This document shows positions 28,138 through 36,524 of a stretch of DNA of 64,000 bases, one piece after another. The notes beneath the pieces are model-generated. The model searched no databases. It had not been told where the DNA came from and was given only the letters and a program-made list of their open reading frames with translations. Numbering within the stretch: the stretch's first letter is position 1; the number at the start of each line of letters is the position of its first letter. The stretch comes from Sphingobacteriales bacterium (GTDB lineage: Bacteria > Bacteroidota > Bacteroidia > Chitinophagales > JADJOU01). The position numbers and the translations under genes are program-made. The stretch covers positions 6,531-70,530 of the forward strand of contig JAJTHM010000049.1 of NCBI GenBank assembly GCA_021297855.1, written 5' to 3'.

Positions 28138-30309
28138 TTACATATTCCTTCTATACTGTCCACCCACTTCATAAAGCGCATGGGATATCTGACCAAGAGA
28201 GCAAACCTTCCCTGCTTCCATCAATTCATTGAAGAGATTCTTATTTTGAAGCGAGGCGAGTTTCAGATTTTCTAGAGCGGAGATTTGAGCTGCAGAATAA
28301 GTGGTATGCAACGCATTGAGAGTAGCAATCTGTTGCTGCTTTTCATCTTCTGTTGCGCGAATAACTTCGCCAGGAATTACTGTCGGTGAGCCTTTACTAT
28401 TCAAGAAAGTATTGACTCCGATAATCGGATATTCTCCTGTATGTTTGAGCATTTCGTAGTGCATAGATTCTTCTTGTATCTTGCCGCGTTGATACATAGT
28501 TTCCATAGCACCTAGCACACCCCCACGTTCAGTTAGTTTATCAAATTCTAATAGAATGGCTTCTTCTACTAGGTCGGTCAATTCTTCAATAATAAACGAA
28601 CCTTGATTTGGATTTTGATTTTTGGCCAAACCTAATTCGTGATTGATGATCATCTGAATAGCCATGGCTCTGCGCACAGACTCTTCAGTAGGCGTAGTGA
28701 TCGCTTCATCATAGGCATTGGTATGAAGTGAATTGCAATTATCATAAATCGCATAAAGCGCCTGTAGCGTAGTGCGAATATCATTAAAATCTATTTCTTG
28801 CGCGTGAAGCGACCGACCCGAAGTTTGAATATGATATTTTAGCATTTGACTCCGCTCATTTCCGCCATAGAGATTCTTGACGGCCTTAGCCCAGATACGA
28901 CGAGCAACGCGCCCTATCACCGAATATTCAGGATCTACTCCATTGGAAAAGAAGAAAGAAAAGTTCGGAGCAAAATCATCGATTTTCATACCGCGAGATA
29001 CATAGTATTCAAGAAATGTAAACCCATTAGAAAGTGTGAAGGCTAATTGAGAAATAGGATTAGCGCCAGCCTCCGCTATGTGATAACCAGAGATTGAAAC
29101 CGAATAAAAATTGCGTATCTTATTTTGAATAAAATATTCCTGAACATCGCCCATCAATTTTAATGCAAAATCTGTTGAGAAAATACAAGTGTTCTGCGCT
29201 TGGTCTTCCTTGAGAATATCCGCTTGAACTGTACCTCTTACCTTAGCGATAGTCTCCATTTTGATTTTTCCATATACATCTTTTGGCAATACTAGGTCGC
29301 CTGTGACACCCAGCAGCATTAACCCTAGTCCATTATTTCCTTCAGGTAAGTCTTTTGATTCATAAGGGATATACGATGGCTGAGTTTTGCCTTTATAAAT
29401 TTCAGCTATTTTCTTTCTGACATCCGCTTCTAATCCATTTTCTTTAATGTACTTTTCACACTGCTGATCTATAGCACTATTCATAAAAAATGAAACCAAC
29501 ATAGGAGCAGGGCCATTGATAGTCATGGATACAGAGCAGTTTGGTTCGCACAAATCAAAACCACTGTATAGCTTCTTCATATCATCAAGACAACAGATAC
29601 TTACCCCAGCATTACCTATTTTCCCATAAATATCTGGTCGAGAATCAGGATCTTCACCATATAGTGTGACGCTATCAAAGGCGGTTGAAAGTCTCTTAGC
29701 AGGCAATCCTAAAGACACATAATGAAATCGCTTATTGGTTCGCTCCGGACTGCCCTCGCCAGCAAACATTCTTGTTGGATCCTCATTTTCCCGCTTGAAC
29801 GGATACACTCCTGCGGTATATGGAAACTCTCCTGGCACATTTTCCTGTAAATTCCATTTTAAAATATCTCCCCAAGCGGTGTATTTAGGCAAAGAAATCT
29901 TAGGAATACTCAGGTGAGAAAGTGACTTAGTATGCGTGGCAATTTTAAGTTCTTTATCTCGCACTTTGAACAGATAAAATTCATCTTTATAGCGCTGCAC
30001 TTTAGCCTGCCAGCCTTCGATCATCTTGCGATTTTCAACAGATAGCTTTTCATTTAGTGACTGGTACAATCTGTCCAAAGCTGCCACAAGACTATCGTCC
30101 TTGGCCTTGACCGCCTCTTCTTTCGCTAGGTGTAGGGCAAATAATCGCTGTGCGACATCCGCCTGGTCATTAGCATCTTTATTAAATTTTCGTATAGACT
30201 CCGCTATCTCCGACAGGTAGCGATTTCGATGAGGAGGTATGATATAAATCTTTTCACTCGTACCAGTGGCTGTTAGTTTTTTAACAGGAAATAAAGCTTG
30301 TGTGGCCAT
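28138..30309 (-). CDS. methylmalonyl-CoA-mutase-family protein: stand-alone IcmF-like substrate-binding (TIM barrel) domain
   Basis: [40 protein letters not shown] and [14 protein letters not shown] are hallmark mutase large-domain motifs, closest in my memory to the C-terminal half of fused isobutyryl-CoA mutase. I saw no DxHxxG B12-binding motif and no P-loop. Confidence 0.8.
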   Translation of the reverse strand: MATQALFPVKKLTATGTSEKIYIIPPHRNRYLSEIAESIRKFNKDANDQADVAQRLFALHLAKEEAVKAKDDSLVAALDRLYQSLNEKLSVENRKMIEGWQAKVQRYKDEFYLFKVRDKELKIATHTKSLSHLSIPKISLPKYTAWGDILKWNLQENVPGEFPYTAGVYPFKRENEDPTRMFAGEGSPERTNKRFHYVSLGLPAKRLSTAFDSVTLYGEDPDSRPDIYGKIGNAGVSICCLDDMKKLYSGFDLCEPNCSVSMTINGPAPMLVSFFMNSAIDQQCEKYIKENGLEADVRKKIAEIYKGKTQPSYIPYESKDLPEGNNGLGLMLLGVTGDLVLPKDVYGKIKMETIAKVRGTVQADILKEDQAQNTCIFSTDFALKLMGDVQEYFIQNKIRNFYSVSISGYHIAEAGANPISQLAFTLSNGFTFLEYYVSRGMKIDDFAPNFSFFFSNGVDPEYSVIGRVARRIWAKAVKNLYGGNERSQMLKYHIQTSGRSLHAQEIDFNDIRTTLQALYAIYDNCNSLHTNAYDEAITTPTEESVRRAMAIQMIINHELGLAKNQNPNQGSFIIEELTDLVEEAILLEFDKLTERGGVLGAMETMYQRGKIQEESMHYEMLKHTGEYPIIGVNTFLNSKGSPTVIPGEVIRATEDEKQQQIATLNALHTTYSAAQISALENLKLASLQNKNLFNELMEAGKVCSLGQISHALYEVGGQYRRNM

Positions 30310-30318
30310 AATTAATAT

Positions 30319-30642
30319 TTATAAATCTAGATATTGTGCAAATTTTTCGTGATTATTGAAGATAAAGGTAATATAAATCCCATCATCATACTTGTCAAAA
30401 ATGATATACCAAGTGGTTTGCTTATTTGAGTTATATGAAATAAAATAGGAGCCTAATAGTCGCAGGGTATTTGGCAATTTCTTGTGGGGTAATTTGTAAA
30501 TATTTGCTTCTAAGAAATCATAAATGCCGAGCACATATTCTATAGAAGACTCTATATATCCGAAATATTCTTTTTCATAGAGAATATGTACTAACGAATC
30601 TAGGTGGTCAATGAATTCTTTTGAATAGGTTACTTTCCCCAC
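30319..30642 (-). CDS. hypothetical small protein, possible RelE/ParE-fold toxin
   Basis: The 107-aa ORF overlaps the upstream 66-aa ORF by 13 nt. The C-terminal pattern TTWYIIFDKYDDGIYITFIFNNH resembles the beta-sheet core of ParE/RelE-like toxins. The assignment is weak. Confidence 0.35.
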   Translation of the reverse strand: MGKVTYSKEFIDHLDSLVHILYEKEYFGYIESSIEYVLGIYDFLEANIYKLPHKKLPNTLRLLGSYFISYNSNKQTTWYIIFDKYDDGIYITFIFNNHEKFAQYLDL

Positions 30643-30830
30643 CAGGAATTAATTTTTTCTATGGTCCTTTTTCTAGCTTCTTCTCCCGATATTCCCTGAC
30701 TAGGATCGCGATTCACTTTTATAGATTGAATTTCTAACATAGCTAAGACTCTATCTATAAACTCTTCATCTTGATTGGCATCAATCAATTTATGAACTTG
30801 TTTCTTTTTTTCTTCCAATAAAACTTCCAT
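30630..30830 (-). CDS. hypothetical small protein, possible cognate antitoxin
   Basis: The 66-aa acidic/helical ORF is directly upstream of and overlaps the 107-aa ORF, which is classic type II TA architecture. I recognised no family motif. Confidence 0.3.
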   Translation of the reverse strand: MEVLLEEKKKQVHKLIDANQDEEFIDRVLAMLEIQSIKVNRDPSQGISGEEARKRTIEKINSWWGK

Positions 30831-30887
30831 ATAAGGCAGTGTTTAGTCCTACAAATTTACGAGATAATTCTCCAAATAGAAAGAAAT

Positions 30888-31469
30888 TTAAGTCCTAGAT
30901 AAAAGATAATCACTAGATCTTGGCCCCAGACAAAACAATAAATCCAAAATGGACAAATCGGGCTGAAAAGGTGACTTATATCGAAATACTTGAGGGTATG
31001 CAGGAAGGCTATTATCAAACTGGTTGGGTATAAAAATTATGGTTGCCATATCTTCAGATTCTATCACTTCTTTTTTTAATTTCAATAACCTCAAAATTTC
31101 TTTGAAGATTGCTTTATTCAAATCTATGAGCAATATAGGTTTCGCACCCAATATATTCTCAAAATAAGGCATGTAAAATTCATAATAAGGACTCTTTGCA
31201 TAGGCCGATTGCAGGGCCATTTTGTGCTTGGCTATCCAATTTTCAGCATAAGAAATTTCTAATTCATCAAACGGTGTTTTGCTTCCTCGTCCCCCTACCA
31301 ATGGAACCGTCAAGGTCTGCAAGCCATTGGCCATTAGAATTATCGTGCGATTCGAGTAGGACTTTTTAGCTATTCTCTGTTTAGTAGACAGCACTATTTC
31401 ATTCTCTTCTAAAATAGCTTTCCAATAGGCTAAATTACCGAAATAGTAAAGAGGAAAAACTGCTGACAA
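30888..31469 (-). CDS. WbqC-family protein
   Basis: LYYFGNLAYWKAIL...KKSYSNRTIILMANGLQTLTVPL and PYYEFY match the WbqC-like family (PF08889) pattern. Confidence 0.7.
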   Translation of the reverse strand: MSAVFPLYYFGNLAYWKAILEENEIVLSTKQRIAKKSYSNRTIILMANGLQTLTVPLVGGRGSKTPFDELEISYAENWIAKHKMALQSAYAKSPYYEFYMPYFENILGAKPILLIDLNKAIFKEILRLLKLKKEVIESEDMATIIFIPNQFDNSLPAYPQVFRYKSPFQPDLSILDLLFCLGPRSSDYLLSRT

Positions 31470-31481
31470 AAAAGATTCTAC

Positions 31482-33251
31482 TTACAAGCCATTAATTTGA
31501 TATACCATTCTCATCTGCGCACCGCGAATTGACTCAAACGATTTGAGCATATCGTAGTATTTTGCATAAGAACCCAATTTCGACTTAAAATATTTTTCTT
31601 CGATGGATGATTTAGCATCTTCACTAGAAAATTCTTCTATGAGCATAGCGAATTCACTTTTTCTTTTATTATAGAAAAAGTAATTTGTAGCTTCAAGGGA
31701 ATTGGACTTAGCCGTATAAGCAATCGCTTCTTTCAGTCCACCTATTTCATCTACGAGTTTAAGTTCCTTAGCGCGCGCGCCACTCCACACTCTTCCTTGT
31801 GCTATATTCTCTACACTATCAAGATTCAGTTTTCGACCTTTAGCTACAACAGATTTAAAGCTCAGATAAATTTTATCAATAGCTTGTTGAATTTTAGACG
31901 CTTCTAAAGCATCAAAGTTTTTATTGATACCCATTGCTGCGTGTTCGTGCAATTCCACTTCGTCAAAGGTGACACCTAACTTATTTTCCATCATCTGACC
32001 TATATTCGGAATAATTCCAAAAACACCTATAGATCCAGTAATCGTATTTTTCTCAGCAAATATTTTCTCAGCACCACTCGCTATGTAGTAGCCACCACTC
32101 GCTGCGACATTTCCCATAGAAACGATTATTGGTTTTTTCTTTTTCAATAATTCCAATTCTCTCAAAATAACATCCGAGGCTAAGGCACTCCCTCCAGGTG
32201 AATTTACCCGAAGCACCACTGCTTTGATACCCTCGTCCTTTGCCATAGCTCTAATATCCTTAACCATATTCTCTGAGCCGATACTTCCGTCTTCAGCCTT
32301 GCCATCGACAATATCACCGTCAGCCACATAGACCGCTATACCTTCACTTTTCATCGATGGAAATTTATCATCCAGATAACTTGACATAGACATTTTTTTT
32401 ATCTCTGACTTTTCTCCTAGTTTTAGCAGTTTTTTCAATTCTCCTTCTGCTTCATCTTGGTAAGCTATTTTATCTATCAATCCTCCATTGAAGGCATCCT
32501 CTGGCATACTCGTACGCATCTCATTAATAGCCAGATTCAACACATCCAAACTCAATTTTCTATCGTGAGCTATATTGGACAAAACCACATTAGATATATC
32601 CGAAAGTAAAGCCTTCATCTGCACTTTGTTTTCTTCGCTCATTTTTTCTAAGCGAAAGGGCTCTGTAGCACTTTTGAATTTCCCTGCATAAAAAATCTGT
32701 GGTTTGATTTCCAACTTATCCAATGTTTTCTTAAAGAAAGTCAATTGTGCTGCAAATCCTCTCACATCAAGCGCTCCTTGAGGATTGACCATAACTTTAT
32801 CAGAAGCCGACCCCAAATAGTACATCTTCTGAGAAATAGCCTCTCCATATGCCACTACTGGCTTTTTACTCGTTTTAAAGTCCGCTATTGCATGACGCAG
32901 CAAATCGACTTGTGCATACGACAATTCTTCATTGTAATTCATTTGAAGCCAAAGCGCCTTGATGGATTTATCCTCTTTAGCTTTTTTGATTCCGTCTATA
33001 ATGTCATAAATACTGATTGCACTTTGATTTCCTTGACTCATGCTGAAATCAAAGCTCCTGTCTTGAGATAGGTCAGATAAGCCGCTGCGAATATTTAAGG
33101 TAAGTATATGATCTCCCTTGACTTCTTCTTTGCCCTTTTTTGCGCTCATAGCCAGACCAACAGCTAATCCTATCATCAACAGGAAGAATATTCCGAAGAA
33201 AATCATATTTCCGAAAATCACTGCCAATAAGGTCTTTAGAAAATTTCTCAT
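31482..33251 (-). CDS. sppA: signal peptide peptidase SppA, 67K type
   Basis: It has an N-terminal TM anchor and two tandem S49 domains. The catalytic-Ser context is VVSMGNVAASGGYYIA and the Lys region lies in domain 1. Length is 589 aa. Confidence 0.9.
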   Translation of the reverse strand: MRNFLKTLLAVIFGNMIFFGIFFLLMIGLAVGLAMSAKKGKEEVKGDHILTLNIRSGLSDLSQDRSFDFSMSQGNQSAISIYDIIDGIKKAKEDKSIKALWLQMNYNEELSYAQVDLLRHAIADFKTSKKPVVAYGEAISQKMYYLGSASDKVMVNPQGALDVRGFAAQLTFFKKTLDKLEIKPQIFYAGKFKSATEPFRLEKMSEENKVQMKALLSDISNVVLSNIAHDRKLSLDVLNLAINEMRTSMPEDAFNGGLIDKIAYQDEAEGELKKLLKLGEKSEIKKMSMSSYLDDKFPSMKSEGIAVYVADGDIVDGKAEDGSIGSENMVKDIRAMAKDEGIKAVVLRVNSPGGSALASDVILRELELLKKKKPIIVSMGNVAASGGYYIASGAEKIFAEKNTITGSIGVFGIIPNIGQMMENKLGVTFDEVELHEHAAMGINKNFDALEASKIQQAIDKIYLSFKSVVAKGRKLNLDSVENIAQGRVWSGARAKELKLVDEIGGLKEAIAYTAKSNSLEATNYFFYNKRKSEFAMLIEEFSSEDAKSSIEEKYFKSKLGSYAKYYDMLKSFESIRGAQMRMVYQINGL

Positions 33252-33296
33252 ACTAAATGGTTTTTTTTATTGAATTTTGCTGTAAAGATAAGGAAA

Positions 33297-33785
33297 ATGG
33301 CAGTTATACACCTTTTATTAGGCAGCAATATAGGAAACAGAATGAAGCAGCTGGATAAGGCTAGAGAGCAGATTGAATCCAAAATAGGCAAAATAATTAC
33401 TAAATCAAGAATATACGAAACCCAGCCCTGGGGAGAGAATGAGCAAGATGAATTTCTCAATCAGGCCCTGGAAGTTAACACTAAGTTAAAACCCAAAAAA
33501 GTACTTGAAAAAATAGCAGAAATTGAAAAGTTGATGGAGCGTGAAGAAACCTATAAATGGGGTCCACGCGAAATCGATATCGATATATTGATGTATGAAG
33601 ATGAAATGATTTGTGAAATGGATTTGACCATTCCACATCCGTTTTTACACGAGCGAAGATTTACGTTGATCCCATTGTCTGAAATAGCTCCAGACCTCTA
33701 CCATCCTATCATGGGGGCTACTATCCTCGACTTATTATTAGAATGCGAAGACCAGCTGGAGGTCATTGAATACAAAGGAAAATAG
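33297..33785 (+). CDS. folK: 2-amino-4-hydroxy-6-hydroxymethyldihydropteridine diphosphokinase
   Basis: The likely start is the ATG at 33297 (MAVIHLLLGSNIGN). The motifs YETQPWG, GPREIDIDIL and LTIPHPFLHERRFTLIPL are the HPPK signature. Confidence 0.9.
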   Translation: MAVIHLLLGSNIGNRMKQLDKAREQIESKIGKIITKSRIYETQPWGENEQDEFLNQALEVNTKLKPKKVLEKIAEIEKLMEREETYKWGPREIDIDILMYEDEMICEMDLTIPHPFLHERRFTLIPLSEIAPDLYHPIMGATILDLLLECEDQLEVIEYKGK

Positions 33786-33846
33786 ACTTAAGATTAAAGT
33801 CCAAAGAATAAAGTAAAAAGTCATTTATACGTTTCCTTAAATAAAA

Positions 33847-34473
33847 TTGAAATATAAATATATAGCCATAGAAGGCGTCATAGGAGCTGGCAAGACCACC
33901 TTGGCTCATTTTATAGCGAATCATTATTCTACTAAGTTACTACTTGAGGAATTTGAGGACAATCCTTTCCTTGCCAAATTTTATCAAGAAAAAGACAAGT
34001 ACAATTTCGCCTTGGAATTATCATTTTTGGCATCACGCTATCATCAGGTCAAGAATCAAATCGAGAAACGAGATTTGTTTCAGGAAATAATTGTAAGTGA
34101 CTTTGTACTCTACAAATCACTAGTATTTGCCTCCATCAATCTTGAAGGTGATGAGTTAGATCTCTATAAAAAGCTTTTCCAAATTATGTTTCAGCAAATC
34201 CCTGTACCAGATTTGACTATTTTTATTTATCATACGACAGAATCTTTAAGGAAAAATATAATGCTGCGCGGTCGTGAATATGAAATGGGTATCGAAGAAA
34301 GCTATTTAGAGCAGCTCAATGAAAATTATTTATCGTATTTCAAGCAATTGAGCCAGCATCGCATAGTTATTATCGATGGCAAAGATTATGATATCGTACA
34401 TCAACCACAAAATTCAAAGAAATTAATTCAATTAGTAAACACCGAGTTTCCACTAGGAATTACTTATTTATAA
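33847..34473 (+). CDS. deoxynucleoside kinase
   Basis: It has the P-loop IAIEGVIGAGKTTLA, plus EEFEDNPFL, FLASRY and an arginine-rich lid RGREYE. These match the dNK/dGK family. Confidence 0.85.
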   Translation: MKYKYIAIEGVIGAGKTTLAHFIANHYSTKLLLEEFEDNPFLAKFYQEKDKYNFALELSFLASRYHQVKNQIEKRDLFQEIIVSDFVLYKSLVFASINLEGDELDLYKKLFQIMFQQIPVPDLTIFIYHTTESLRKNIMLRGREYEMGIEESYLEQLNENYLSYFKQLSQHRIVIIDGKDYDIVHQPQNSKKLIQLVNTEFPLGITYL

Positions 34474-34577
34474 AAAAGTATTTCAACGCAGATCTATCTG
34501 TTGACAAACAGGGGTGCAGAGTATTATTTCTCACAGAACATCTTAGAATACACAGAATTTATTTAAGCATTACCTTT

Positions 34578-34681
34578 CAATGTCGTTTAGTTAGTGTTTG
34601 GTTCGTGGGGACACGAACCATTGCAGTTCGCCATGCTGCGTGTCTCACGCAGCATTCGTATTTCTTATCTAAACGACATTG
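34578..34681. repeat. 104-bp highly structured palindromic element flanked by direct repeats (MITE-like)
   Basis: The 13-bp terminal inverted repeats are CAATGTCGTTTAG (34578-90) and CTAAACGACATTG (34669-81). Inner hairpins are GGTTCGTG-GGGA-CACGAACC (34600-19) and ATGCTGCGTG-TCT-CACGCAGCAT (34633-55). The flanking direct repeat is GCATTACCTTT (34567-77 and 34681-91). Confidence 0.6.
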
Positions 34682-34828
34682 CATTACCTTTGCTTGCTTT
34701 GCGTTAGACTTTTTAAACTTTGCGTTTTAATTATTAAATGAATTGTTTATTCACTGAGTTCCATGATTTTTTAACGCAGAGTCGCAAAGGGTGCATAATT
34801 TTTTTTCGGAAATCATTAACCGGATTTT

Positions 34829-35356
34829 TTATTCGTCTGGAGAATTTTCAACCACTTCTTTGATAGACTGAAGAACGCCTAGAGTCCTTGCTTCTCCTTG
34901 TCCTCTGACTAATTCCCAATTTTTGTTATAGTAATTGAGTTTCTTTTTAAACAGATATAAAAGCAATTCTCTATCCCCTTCATTAGTTCTAAGTCCATCT
35001 GAAACCCAAGGAATGTCGATATCAAATAAAAAATACTTTTCATAATTGGACTGATAGATATAAGTCGAGATCCAGCTCGGAACTTCATACTCGTAGTACT
35101 CTAGCCAAATTTCAATACTAATTAATTCCGTATCACAAATAACTATTCTATCTGGGTTCGCATCGCTGATTTCTATTTCTTTTGCAAACTGGAGTTTAGC
35201 TATTTCTAGAATATCATCATAGCTATAATTCAATCCTTTTTCTTTTAAAAAATCTCTTGAAACTTCTGGAACAAGTGCTCCTTCTAATTTATTGACAAGC
35301 TCTAATGCTGCAGTGGTTTTACCAGTAGATTCAGGTCCTAGTAAGGCGAATTTCAT
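34829..35356 (-). CDS. P-loop ATPase/kinase (NadR C-terminal ribosylnicotinamide-kinase-like AAA_28)
   Basis: The Walker A motif sits at the N-terminus (LLGPESTGKTT) and Walker B-like is IVICDT. The size is about 175 aa. I infer the family from these motifs only. Confidence 0.55.
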   Translation of the reverse strand: MKFALLGPESTGKTTAALELVNKLEGALVPEVSRDFLKEKGLNYSYDDILEIAKLQFAKEIEISDANPDRIVICDTELISIEIWLEYYEYEVPSWISTYIYQSNYEKYFLFDIDIPWVSDGLRTNEGDRELLLYLFKKKLNYYNKNWELVRGQGEARTLGVLQSIKEVVENSPDE

Positions 35357-35390
35357 TTTTAAAAATTGAAAGAAAGGTCTTAAGAAAAAC

Positions 35391-36383
35391 TTAAACGATT
35401 TTTCTACCTACTGCGCTCGCTACCTTGTCCAGCGATTTTTTCAAGGCTATAAATTCCTCGAAATTGAGTTGCTGAGAGGCATCGCTTTTAGCTTCTTTTG
35501 GATTTGGGTGAGTTTCTATTAAAAGTCCATCAATTCCCATAGCTACGCATGCCCTAGTTAAATCTGGTACACCATAGGCATATCCCATAGCGTGACTAGG
35601 ATCTAATATAATTGGCAAATTAGTATGTTCTTTTAAATAAGCTACTCCACACAAATCCAATGTAAATCTTGTCTTGGTTTCATAGGTTCTAATACCTCTT
35701 TCACATAGAGCCACATTATTATTTCCACCGCTGAGTATAAATTCTGCACTCTGCACAAACTCCTGTAAGGTAGAGCCAAAGCCTCTCTTCAAGACTATTG
35801 GTTTTTGAATTTTACTACACGCACGCAATATTCCATGATCGTACATCGCCTTGGCGCCTATTTGAATGATATCTGTAAATTCTATGACATCATCAACGTG
35901 AGTTGCATCTTTAACTTCTGTGATAATTTTCAATCCATACTTATCTCTCATTTTAGCAAGCAGTATGAGCCCTTTATGTCCCAGGCCTTGGAAGGTATAG
36001 GGAGATGTTCGTGGCTTATAGCAGCCAGCTCTCAATACTTTAATTCCTTGTGCTACACAAAATTGTGCTACAGTATCTATTTGTTCTTCTGACTCTACAC
36101 TGCAAGGCCCTGTAATCATCAAGGTATTATTTGTATCGCCCCCAATACATAAATCTTCATTAAATTCAATCTTTCGAGTAGACGTTATATACTTTCTATT
36201 AGCAAGCTGTATGTCAGATTCCATAGGAAAAGAATCGATTACAAACTTCTTATGACTTTCATCTACCTCTTTGATTGCGGAAGGAGTTATCAATACATAG
36301 TGATCCTTCTCTTCCAAAGAATATGCTCTATAAAAGTCTTGTAACGCCGCTATATTGGCTTTTTTTTGTACGTGGAGTATCAT
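35391..36383 (-). CDS. 3-deoxy-7-phosphoheptulonate (DAHP) synthase, class I-beta with N-terminal regulatory domain
   Basis: The motifs ITGPCSVES, LRAGCYKPRTSPYTFQGLG, IGAKAMYD and ILDPSH indicate the KDO8P/DAHP synthase I-beta family. An extra ~85 aa at the N-terminus resembles the ferredoxin-like regulatory domain of Thermotoga-type enzymes. Confidence 0.85.
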   Translation of the reverse strand: MILHVQKKANIAALQDFYRAYSLEEKDHYVLITPSAIKEVDESHKKFVIDSFPMESDIQLANRKYITSTRKIEFNEDLCIGGDTNNTLMITGPCSVESEEQIDTVAQFCVAQGIKVLRAGCYKPRTSPYTFQGLGHKGLILLAKMRDKYGLKIITEVKDATHVDDVIEFTDIIQIGAKAMYDHGILRACSKIQKPIVLKRGFGSTLQEFVQSAEFILSGGNNNVALCERGIRTYETKTRFTLDLCGVAYLKEHTNLPIILDPSHAMGYAYGVPDLTRACVAMGIDGLLIETHPNPKEAKSDASQQLNFEEFIALKKSLDKVASAVGRKIV

Positions 36384-36524
36384 TGAGTTTAATTAATAAT
36401 TAGCGATTAGCAATTAATAATATTTTAAATTAGTGTTAAAACCATCCTTAGCAAAGGTATTTCTAATTTAACTAAGGCAGTGCATTTTCAATATATTTTT
36501 AGGTATTTTAATTTGGTCATAGAC

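Noticed and set aside
30310-30320. Cobalamin riboswitch upstream of the mutase-family gene.
   Set aside because: Only about 9 nt separate it from the preceding ORF, so there is no room for a B12 element, and no B12-box-like sequence was seen nearby.
33248-33460. 70-aa minus-strand ORF overlapping the folK 5' end and the sppA start.
   Set aside because: It overlaps a confidently identified folK on the other strand and has a Cys/Ser/Leu-rich nonsense-like sequence.
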